From Macrostomum lignano (Eukaryota), in the NCBI GenBank assembly GCA_002269645.1, contig NIVC01004423.1:1-46536 (forward strand): a stretch of 46,536 bases of DNA, written 5' to 3'. Shown here piece after piece: positions 34,390 to 44,726 of the stretch. The stretch's first letter is position 1; each line of letters begins with the position of its first letter. The notes beneath the pieces are model-generated. The model had not been told where the DNA came from. It worked only from the letters and a program-made list of their open reading frames with translations, and did no database searches. The position numbers and the translations under genes were made by a program.

Positions 34390-37382
34390 ATGGCGGAAAC
34401 GAGTGAATGGCGGGAGGACATGCGAGATACATTCAACATGTTCGACAAGAACGGAAATGGAGAAATCGAAGTGAACGAGCTGAGAACCGTTATCCAGTGC
34501 CTGGGACAGAATCCCACCGAGAAGGACGTACAGGTAAGAATCAGATAGAACATGATTAGGGTCGAGGGATGAGAAGAATATTGACTGCTAAGGATAGAAA
34601 AGATATTCGTACAAAGTAAAGATAGTGAGACAATTAGGGTGGATGAGTGTGGTAAATGGTATGGTACTTGAGTAAAAAAACTCGGCGTGTGGTAAATAGT
34701 ATGGGAGTGCGGTAAAGACTAGGCGGAGTTTTAAAGATTAGGGGGTGTAGTAAATAGTAAGAGTGGGGTAAGAATGACAATAAATGCATTTCCAAAGTGA
34801 GATTATTACACAGCCGTGTTTGCAACATAAAATTTTAATGCTTTTCTGCAGCTGATGATTCAAGAGTACGACCTAAACAAGGATGGTACAATCAATTTTG
34901 AGGAATTCTGCCAGGTGGGTGATGTATTGTCAGTCACTCAAACATGTTTATGATAATCTGATTATTAATAATTTAATAATTTTTATTCAATCAATAAAAA
35001 TCAACTCTAGATGATGAAGAATCGAATCAAAACGGTCGAGTCCAAGCAGAACGAAATGAAGGTGGCGTTTCAGATGTTCGACAAAAATGGCGATGGGTGA
35101 GGGCTCGATCAGGTGTACTTACCGCTTTCTGATGCATTGTTAAGTACAGGTCGCCATCGGGGGGGGGACCCGATGGGTCATGTCCCTCTCACAGTAAAAG
35201 CTTTTGGGTAGACTGCAATGCTTTGTCACCTCCACCTAATTGTGACCCGTTGTGAGGAAATCAAAAGTTTTTCTTCAGGGCGCCAAATTGAGTGCCTGCC
35301 TGCGCGCCAAAATGAGTGCCTGCCTGCGCGCCAAAATGAGTGCCTGCCTGCGCGCCAAAATGAGTGCCTGCCTGCGCGCCAAAATGAGTGCCTGCCTGTG
35401 GCGCCAAAATGAGTGCCTGCCTGCGGCGCCAAAATGAGTGCCTGCCTGCGGCGCCAAAATGAGTGCCTGCCTGCAGCGCCAAAATGAGTGCCTGCCTGCG
35501 GCGCCAAAATGAGTGCCTGCCTGCGGCGCCAAAATGAGTGCCTGCAGCGCCAAAATGAGTGCCTGCCTGCGGCGCCAAAATGAGTGCCTGCCTGCAGCGC
35601 CAAAATGAGTGCCTGCCTGCGGCGCCAAAATGAGTGCCCTGCCTGCGGCGCCAAAATGAGTGCCTGCCTGCGGCGCCAAAATGAGTGCCTGCCTGCGGCG
35701 CCAAAATGAGTGCCTGCGATGCCAAAATGAGTGCCTGCCTGCGATGCCAAAATGAGAGCCTGCGATGCCAAAATGAGTGCCTGCCTGCGATGCCAAAATG
35801 AGTGCCTGCCTGCGGTGCCAAAATGAGTGCCTGCCTGCGGTGCCTAAATGAGTGCCTGCCTGCGGTGCCAAAATGAGTGCCTGCCTGCGGTGCCAAAATG
35901 AGTGCCTGCCTGCGATGCCAAAATGAGTGCCCTGCCTGCGGTGCCAAAATGAGAGCCTGCGATGCCAAAATGAGTGCCTGCCTGCGATGCCAAAATGAGT
36001 GCCTGCCTGCGGTGCCAAAATGAGTGCCTGCCTGCGGTGCCAAAATGAGTGCCTGCCTGCGGTGCCAAAATGAGTGCCTGCCTGCGGTGCCAAAATGAGT
36101 GCCCTGCCTGCGGCGCCAAAATGAGTGCCTGCCTGCGGCGCCAAAATGAGTGCCTGCCTGCGGCGCCAAAATGAGTGCCTGCCTGCGGTGCCTAAATGAG
36201 TGCCTGCCTGCGATGCCAAAATGAGAGCCTGCGATGCCAAAATGAGTGCCTGCCTGCGATGCCAAAATGAGTGCCTGCGATGCCAAAATGAGTGCCCTGC
36301 CTGCGATGCCAAAATGAGTGCCTGCGATGCCAAAATGAGTGCCTGCCTGCGGTGCCTAAATGAGTGCCTGCCTGCGATGCCAAAATGAGTGCCTGCGATG
36401 CCAAAATGAGTGCCTGCCTGCGATGCCAAAATGAGTGCCTGCGATGCCAAAATGAGTGCCTGCCTGCGATGCCAAAATGAGTGCCCTGCCTGCGGTGCCA
36501 AAATGAGAGCCTGCGATGCCAAAATGAGTGCCTGCCTGCGATGCCAAAATGAGTGCCTGCCTGCGGTGCCAAAATGAGTGCCTGCCTGCGGTGCCAAAAT
36601 GAGTGCCTGCCTGCGGTGCCAAAATGAGTGCCTGCCTGCGGTGCCAAAATGAGTGCCTGCCTGCGGCGCCAAAATGAGTGCCTGCCTGCGGCGCCAAAAT
36701 GAGTGCCTGCCTGCGGCGCCAAAATGAGTGCCTGCCTGCGGTGCCTAAATGAGTGCCTGCCTGCGATGCCAAAATGAGAGCCTGCGATGCCAAAATGAGT
36801 GCCTGCCTGCGATGCCAAAATGAGTGCCTGCGATGCCAAAATGAGTGCCTGCCTGCGATGCCAAAATGAGTGCCTGCGATGCCAAAATGAGTGCCCTGCC
36901 TGCGATGCCAAAATGAGTGCCTGCGATGCCAAAATGAGTGCCTGCCTGCGATGCCAAAATGAGTGCCTGCGATGCCAAAATGAGTGCCCTGCCTGCGATG
37001 CCAAAATGAGTGCCTGCGATGCCAAAATGAGTGCCCTGCCTGCGGTGCCAAAATGAGTGCCTGCGGTGCCAAAATGAGTGCCTGCCTGCGGTGCCTAAAT
37101 GAGTGCCTGCGGTGCCAAAATGAGCGAACAACGCCAATTCTCAGAATAATGTACATGTAGGAATAGTCATGTAGAATGCTTGCTGTCCCCCCCCCCTACA
37201 ATAAAATCCATGCGACAAAAAACTCCAGGAAAATCAGCAGCAACGAGCTGATGGAGGTGATGACGAAACTCGGCGAGAAGCTGACCATGGACGAAGTCAA
37301 AGAGATGATTACCGAGGTTGACGTTAACAACGACGGGTTCATCGACTATGGAGAGTTCGTGCAGATGTACGCGACCAACTAG
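34390..37382 (+). CDS. Calmodulin-like four-EF-hand protein, 148 aa. Exons 34390-34533, 34852-34914, 35011-35096, 37229-37382.
   Basis: EF loops [48 protein letters not shown]; linkers LGQNPTE and LGEKLT; phase-consistent GT-AG junctions. Too divergent to be canonical calmodulin. Confidence 0.92.
35280..37125. repeat. About 20-25 bp minisatellite (GCCAAAATGAGTGCCTGCCTGCG[GC/GT/AT]) filling calmodulin-like intron 3
   Basis: Tandem units; source of the many repetitive ORFs at 35218-37156. Confidence 0.95.
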
Positions 37383-37849
37383 AGCCGGAGAAGCTATTGT
37401 TATTTGTTACTGTTGAATCAGATCGTAGTTTATAAATTGCTAACTTTTTACTAAACGGCTATATACTTTTCAGCTATACAAAATCTAAATAAATGCGCGT
37501 CTATATCTATATAAACTTGGCTCTAGCGCTGCTACTTAATTTATCAAAATGTTTAACTCAAACACAGAGAGCATTTTTCATTACTTCGAGCGTTTTAACT
37601 TGGGATGCAAAGTGTAACACCGGTAGGAAATAACCAGGAGCAAGCAGTGCATGACTGCATGACTATATTTGAATTTAAGATCAGAGTCTTCTGTTTATGT
37701 TGTCGACATTTTCAGGCTGGCTAAGGCCTGTAAGATTGGGAAAATAATCGAGGCGTAAAACGCGGTGGTTTGTTTGCTTTGGTTTTTGCTTTGATTGTTT
37801 TCCGTGTGGAAAAGAAGAGGCTTGAATAATTGCGCGTTAGGGTGCTGTA

Positions 37850-38045
37850 TATTTATATTCGTGTTAATAGAACATTCCGGAATCCGGAAAGTTCGAGAAG
37901 CAGTTTCTAGAAAGGTGTGCGCGGGAGTTCAAAATACAAATATAGAAAGTGAGTGTTTACGCGGAAGTTTCTAGAATACAAGTATTGTACTGTACGCTAT
38001 CTTATACCGTATACGCGCGTTGTTTAGTTGGAGAACTTTCCAGAA
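37850..38045 (-). promoter_or_regulatory. Heat-shock-type promoter: four perfect GAAnnTTCnnGAA elements and a TATA box pointing leftward
   Basis: HSEs at 37870-37882, 37887-37899, 37964-37976 and 38033-38045; extra TTCnnGAA at 37905-37912; TATAAATA on the minus strand at 37857-37850, followed by an A-rich leader. Confidence 0.75.
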
Positions 38046-38732
38046 TATTAAGATTTAAGCATGTTATGGAATATTATAGAAAATACAAATACGCTACAAT
38101 AGTTATAATATAGTGAATACGCTACAGGCCTACATGTATAGCTTGTTGGAAAAGGGGGTGATAATGTAGGACAAAAGTCCCGACTTCAAACGATGATAGC
38201 TGAGCCATGCAGTTATGGTGTCGCATATTGTATTTTTGATTTAAAATGATTATTGACAATTCATAAAACTGAGTAAGCATTTCGGGATTAGAAATTAAAG
38301 GTTGTTGCGACTCAGACCTCAGTTCTCAACAGATCGATGGCTAATCAAAGAAATTTATAATTGAAATCTATTTGGTGTTTAAAATGGAATTTGCAATGCA
38401 ATTTATGCAATAAATTATGCAATATACTACACATTCAATTTATAGTAGAAAAACCAACTGTCGATTTTAATAGTTGAAAATGTTATAAAAATGAAAAAGG
38501 TTAAGAAATGAAAACTTACGTATTACGTTAGTTTTAAGTCGAGTTAAGGGGAAAGTTTGTCTTACACTTTGTTATCCAATGAATATGCAGTTGGATTCGT
38601 GTTAGATTAACGTAGGAATACTGCAGGCTTGATAAATATAGCTGGGATGAATTATGATTAAAACATTAACGGCAGCAAAAACCATGTTTGTTAGAGAAAA
38701 ATATGGTTGAGAATCTGATCTTTCAAAACCTG

Positions 38733-40978
38733 TCAAATATACATCATCATCTTGATGAAGTTGTCCTGCTCCAAAGCCTCCTTTGTCTTCACAGTCGCTT
38801 CGTAGGTAGTAAAAGCGGTCCTCATTCGCACCGATAGCAGGATGAAATCCTCGAAGCTCACGACGCCCTTAGTTGGGTCCGTATACCGCATGGCAACCGT
38901 CTCGAACACCTTGTTGCTCAGATTGTAGCCGGCAGCTTTCAAAGCGTCGCGCAGCTCGAACGAGTCAAATGAGCCATTTCCATCGGCGTCTTTCTCTTTG
39001 AAAATTGTCTTTAGCAGGCGGATCTGGTTCCAAAGCACTTTGAACTCGTCGAATTCCATGTAGCCGGACATGTTCAGGTCCATCAGAGCAAGCATGCTGC
39101 GACAGGCTTCGGCGCTGAATCCGGAAAACTCCTTCACCTCTTTGCCGAAGGATCTGTTCAGGATCTGCTGCAGCTGGAATGCGTGAATTCGACCCGCGCC
39201 GCCGGAGAAGCCCTGGAAGGCTTTGCGCAACGGTTCCTCGTTCTCCGGTGCGCTGACGGGGCGGCGATGGCCGGACTGACCTCCATCTTTGTCTCCGAGT
39301 CCAGCACAGCCGCGAGGTTCGGCTTTTCGGAGAACATGCGCAGTATGAATTGCGCCTCCTCGTTCGGATTAAAGGTAGAGGGCACGATCACGTATCGACC
39401 CGGGGGTAGCTTGTGCCGGCCGCTCACCTCGCGTTGATTTACAAACGCCGACTTATCCGTCTGTTTGTTATAGCGGAAGAACTTCTGGTCAAGGGGGCTG
39501 TCATTATGGCCTCTCAGCTGGTAAATAGCATAGCCAATGGTGAAATATTCGCCGCCAACTGTGATCTTGCGCACGTCCTTCTGCATTAGGCCGACAATAA
39601 TGGTGCCCAGATTTTCATCGTCTTCTTCATCCGGGTCGACAATCTCCACGCGGAACTGCTGATTAGTGTGGAAGCTGTCAATGAAGTTCCTGCAGCCGCC
39701 GGCGCTCACGTTCTTCTTCCACTCGCCCTTCTCTATGCTGATCTCCCAGCGGCGCTTTTTGGCGGCGGCGCCCTTCACAGTGCCGGACATGGTCTCTGGG
39801 CACAGGTGGCAAATCTCCAGTTTAGTGAACTCCTGGACAAAGTCTTTGAACGCCATCCAGAACTCGCCATCATCGCTGGCGTCCATTTTCAGCCGGGATT
39901 TCTCATCCGCGTTGACTTGGTTCCACAGGGGGCTCCGGTCGCTCCAGTCGCCTTTCCACTCGCACTCGTTGCCCCACGGGTTGCGAACCCGGACTAGCGC
40001 TTCTTCCTGGCCGTTTTTCAGTTTGCAGTTTCTGACGTCAGTCACAGAGTAAGCGTGTCCAGTGATCAGGCCGTTTTCTAGTTCGCCCTCAATCTCCTCG
40101 CTCTCAATGCTGCATCCCATCAGAGACTCGCTTTTGTTGGCCTGAAACATCACGCTAAACAAGTCGGCCGGTGCCTTGATGAGATCGAAGTTTTCGCACA
40201 GGCCGCCGGTGAAGTCCTCCATAGCCTCGGACTGGCTCCCACCTGTCAGGGCCTCATAGCTACCGTTGACTTTAGCGTAGGCTTTCTCTAGTAGGGCCGA
40301 CCAGAACTCGTTGCGATCCTGGCTGCGCATGAAGCAGAGCCGCCCCGCCTTAGTAGGCAGCCGATCATCGACAACCACCTCTTTCCAGCGGCCAAAGTGC
40401 CAAAACCGGAAACGGAACATTCCACAATAGCCTGCGTCGAAATCCTGACCGGGAGGAACCACTCGGTCAAATAAACTTTTGTTCATAGAAAGGGAAGCAA
40501 TTGAAGCCAGTAGCCAACAGTCGCCCAGTTCTCCTTGTTTAACATCGAACCGGCTGACACCATCGCTAATAAACATTGGCGATTGGCAGATTTCTTTCGG
40601 CCGCTTCCACACATACCTCTGATTAGGCCTCGAAGGATAAATGCTGCGACCCTCCGCTGGGAATTTGGGATCCTCGTACAATTGCTTGGATTGAATCAGG
40701 TTCTTTCTCAGCTCCTCTAAGTCTATCTTTTTTACAACTGCGTCTTGCAAATTTCCAGTGGAGGCGGCGACTAAAGCACGAGGTGATTTGTTAGCAGATC
40801 CGATGGCGGGTTTGAGTACGTCCTGTTGCTGAGATTGCGGCTGTTGCGGCGGCGCCGGCTGCTGCGGCCTCGGCTGAGCCTGGCTTGAAGCTGTTACAGT
40901 AGCTGGACTCGCAGCAGATTGCGTCTTCGAGTCGTTGCTGGTGTTCAGGTACTCGCGAACAATCTTGACGCGTGACAT
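38733..40978 (-). CDS. Classical calpain (CysPc, C2-like domain III, penta-EF), intronless CDS with one apparent -1 frameshift near 39258-39261
   Basis: Catalytic QGELGDCW, GHAYS and RNPWG; FWSALLEKAYAK; YVIVPSTF; the penta-EF domain is in the overlapping ORF 38733-39230. One extra base in the G4 run joins the two ORFs. Confidence 0.92.
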
Positions 40979-41799
40979 TTTGCTGGATCTAATTTTTTAC
41001 CCTATTCAGAATGTCGCTTTTGGTGTAGCCAAATTTTTGTAGCCAAATAGCGCTTTTCTATATCATATTCGGTGTCTCTAAAACTTATAGTTTTTTTAAC
41101 AAAAGGGGACGAACAAGAGATGGCTGGAACGGAGACTTAATTTAAAAGCCTCGTGCATGCCACACAGCTATAAGACTGCCTGTCCATTGTTCTCAGCAAT
41201 CCGCTCTTACCCAACTGTACTGCAGCAACTTGCCGGTTTGAATATGAGCGAATTCGCCCACTGAGCCCCCCCCCCCCTGGAATTGTGTTCAGCGCAAAGC
41301 AACTGCGTGCGACATTCTGTCGCCCCAACTTAAATATTGACCATTGTATAAGCATAACGAATGAGTAATGCAATTTTGCGACAAGTGACGGAGGAGCTCA
41401 CATACGCTCGGACGCATCTAATTGAGGCCGGTTCAAACTACCGCTAGTGGCTTCGCGGGCCAAAGATTGCTCAATGAATCAGCCACTCGCGGTAAAGTGA
41501 ACCGCGGCTTAAGCCAGCTAAAGTGATGCAGATTTGCAGTGAATAGTTAACTGTCAAATAATAAAAGAAAAATACCAAAACTAAAGCTCGAAGAATAATA
41601 GTGATTGATATACTCAAACTCTTCAATAATTTAATTGTTTATTACCCCACCACCAATTGTCCGTTTTAAAGGTGACAAAACAGAATCAGTTCGGTTTGTT
41701 AATGTCAACTAACACTGCAACTAGTCATTGGTTAGTATAGATTCCTTCATCGAATACAAGCTTTGGTGGATTAGAACAGACATTTCCTTTGCCACTAGA

Positions 41800-43490
41800 T
41801 TAGTAAGATCCGTAGCTTCCCTTATCACCAGACGGATAAGGATCGTAGCTTCCAGTGCCGCCAGACGGATAGGGGTCAAAGCTTCCAGTGCCGCCGGACG
41901 GATAGGGGTCAAAGCTTCCAGTGCCGCCAGACGGATAGGGGTCAAAGCTTCCAATATCGGCAGACGGGTAGGATCCATAACTTCCATAATCCATATCCCG
42001 TTTCTTCCAATACGAGCTGCTTGGGTAGTAAGAGGAGTAGCTGCTTGGGTAGTAAGAGGAGTAGCTGCTTGGGTAGTAAGAGGAGTAGCTGCTTGGGTAG
42101 TAAGAGGAGTAGCTGCTTGGGTAGTAAGAGGAGTAGCTGCTTGGGTAGTAAGAGGAGTAGCTGCTTGGGTAGTAAGAGGAGTAGCTGCTTGGGTAGTAAG
42201 AGGAGTAGCTGCTTGGGTAGTAAGAGGAGTAGCTGCTTGGGTAGTAAGAGGAGTAGCTGCTTGGGTAGTAAGAGGAGTAGCTGCTTGGGTAGTAAGAGGA
42301 GTAGTAGGAGCTATATTCACGCTTCTTGTAAGAGTACGAGTAGGACGGGTAGCTACTGCTTGGGTAGAAAGAGGAGTAGCTGCTTGGGTAGAAAGAGGAG
42401 TAGCTGCTTGGGTAGAAAGAGGAGTAGCTGCTTGGGTAGAAAGAGGAGTAGCTGCTTGGGTAGAAAGAGGAGTAGCTGCTTGGGTAGAAAGAGGAGTAGC
42501 TGCTTGGGTAGAAAGAGGAGTAGCTGCTTGGGTAGTAAGAGGAGTAGCTGCTTGGGTAGTAAGAGGAGTAGTAGGAGCTATATTCACGCTTCTTGTAAGA
42601 GTACGAGTAGGTGGGGTAGCTGCTGCTCGGGTAGTACGAGTAGGTGGGGTAGCTGCTGCTCGGGTAGTACGAGTAGGTGGGGTAACTGCTGCTCGGGTAG
42701 TACGAGTAGGTGGGGTAGCTGCTGCTCGGGTAGTACGAGTAGGTGGGGTAGCTGCTGCTCGGGTAGTACGAGTAGGTGGGGTAGCTGCTGCTCGGGTAGT
42801 ACGAGCTATATTCCCGCTTCTTGTAAGAGTACGAGTAGGACGGGTAGCTGCTGCTCGGGTAGTAGGTGGGGTAACTGCTGCTCGGGTAGTACGAGTAGGT
42901 GGGGTAACTGCTGCTCGGGTAGTACGAGTAGGTGGGGTAACTGCTGCTCGGGTATTACGAGTAGGTGGGGTAACTGCTGCTCGGGTAGTAGGTGGGGTAA
43001 CTGCTGCTCGGGTAGTACGAGTAGGTGGGGTAGCTGCTGCTCGGGTAGTACGAGCTATATTCCCGCTTCTTGTAAGAGTACGAGTAGGACGGGTAGCTGC
43101 TGCTCGGGTAGTAGGTGGGGTAACTGCTGCTCGGGTAGTACGAGTAGGTGGGGTAACTGCTGCTCGGGTAGTAGGTGGGGTAACTGCTGCTCGGGTAGTA
43201 CGAGTAGGTGGGGTAGCTGCTGCTCGGGTAGTACGAGCTGTATTCGCGCTTCTTGTAAGAGACATCGAAGCTTGTTGGATAGTAGCTTGGATCGTAGTAT
43301 GAAGAAAAATCGTTTAACGGTTTCTAAAATTTTCACAACAGTTTTCAAAAAAACATTAGCAATGACATAAAACCGAACGAGTATGAGCAAACAGAAGCAT
43401 GAAATACATTTATTAGTTGATTGCACTTACCGCATCAGCGGCAGCAGATGCCAGAATCAAGAGTGCTGTCAGCAAGCAAACCTGACGCAT
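41800..43490 (-). CDS. Secreted Tyr/Ser/Pro-rich repeat polyprotein with six KKR sites. Exons 43490-43431 and 43323-41800; 527 codons with one in-frame TAA at 42957-42955.
   Basis: Exon 1 encodes the signal peptide MRQVCLLTALLILASAAADA (GTAAGT donor, phase 0). Acceptor TTTTAG at 43324 opens the frame KPLNDFSSYYDPSYYPTSFDVSYKKREYSSYYPSSSYPTY..., which ends in the annotated ORF 41800-41994. AGC/AGT, CGN and TAC/TAT variants are synonymous in this frame. AATAAA on the minus strand at 41643-41638. Confidence 0.75.
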
Positions 43491-44214
43491 GATTGCTAGT
43501 GATCAGATACTATATTAGCTTCAACCTATTATAAAGAATAAACTTTCTGTTGGTTAAGTTTTTAGGAAAAATTCAACAGCTATATATGCTAGAAGTTTGA
43601 TGGCACAGCTGCGAAGGAACTTAACTGTTTTTGCTGACGTGTTGCATTCTATATGCGGTTGACGCGGAGAAAAAACTTGCTGTTGTCTTAGGCGACTGAC
43701 AGGTAGGCGAAGTAGCAGCTATCTACTATATTTGCCCTTCAATAGTGCAGCTGAAGGTCTGGGTAGCAAATTTGCTTTCACCCACTAATTGACTCCACTT
43801 CCGGTAGTTAAATCACGAATCAGTCAGTCAATTAGATTTATATTTGTTTAGCTTCTCTAGCCAAGGGTGACAAAACCAAAGCCAAGCACTAAATAAAAGA
43901 ATAAACAGTTTTTTTAGAGAAGCACTTCTTCACTGATGAACCAGCTGGTCCGAAAAGCAAATTTTGAGAACGGGACTTTACTTAACTTTTGCAGGTGAAC
44001 AGGTGAAAATTTCATTGAAATCTCCTTAAAACGGCAGATCAATAAAATGAAATCAATGAAAGTCAAAACTGAAACGATGCATATTTTGTTGTTTATAATG
44101 ATTGTGCAAATTTCATAGTTGATTGGCATGCAGCTGTACAATAATTTCTAATCGCGTCATGTCAAACATAAAACAAGCGTTATTTCAAAAATGAAGACAG
44201 CGTCAAAGATTCAA

Positions 44215-44722
44215 TGGGAAATTCTCTAGGATTTCAAGGCTCATGGGAAATTTCTGAGATGTCAAGGCATATGGGGGAATGCTGAGATGTCAAGGCTTAT
44301 GGGGGAATTGCTGAGATGTCAAGGCTTATGGGGGAATGCTGAGATGCCAAGGCTTATGGGGGAATGCTGAGATGTCAAGGCATATGGGGGAATGCTGAGA
44401 TGTCAAGGCTTATGGGGGAATTGCTGAGATGTCAAGGCTTATGGGGGAATGCTGAGATGCCAAGGCTTATGGGGGAATGCTGAGATGTCAAGGCTTATGG
44501 GGGAATGCTGAGATGTCAAGGCTTATGGGGGAATTGCTGAGATGTCAAGGCTTATGGGGGAATGCTGAGATGCCAAGGCTTCGGAGGGATTTCTGAGATG
44601 CCAAGGCTTCGGAGGGATTTCTGAGATGCCAAGGCTTCGGAGGGATTGCTGAGATGCCAAGGCTTATGAGGGAATGCTGATATGTCAAGTCATGTGAGGG
44701 AATGCTGAGATGTCAAGGCTTA
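44215..44722. repeat. About 28-bp minisatellite (GAGATGTCAAGGCTTATGGGGGAATGCT), intergenic
   Basis: Tandem units read directly. Confidence 0.92.
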
Positions 44723-44726
44723 CAGG

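Noticed and set aside
35218-37156. Long repetitive ORFs (up to 465 aa)
   Set aside because: They lie inside calmodulin-like intron 3 and shift frame with unit length; artefacts of a stop-poor minisatellite. The same applies to ORFs at 7464-8961, 14166-14793, 16849-17173, 22800-24419 and 25172-26683.
41721-43265. 514-aa Thr-rich mucin-like ORF (and the plus-strand 524-aa and 449-aa ORFs)
   Set aside because: No signal peptide; it cannot join the signal exon in phase (stop just upstream); repeat variants are non-synonymous in it. It is a shadow of the Tyr-rich frame.
43933-43970. CTGATGA...GAAA hammerhead-like motif
   Set aside because: The stem II closing pair and stem III do not form; likely chance.
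43914-44141. 75-aa ORF ending RTSWFISEEVLL, faintly like a transposase motif
   Set aside because: Too short and AT-rich; no TIRs or other transposase motifs found.
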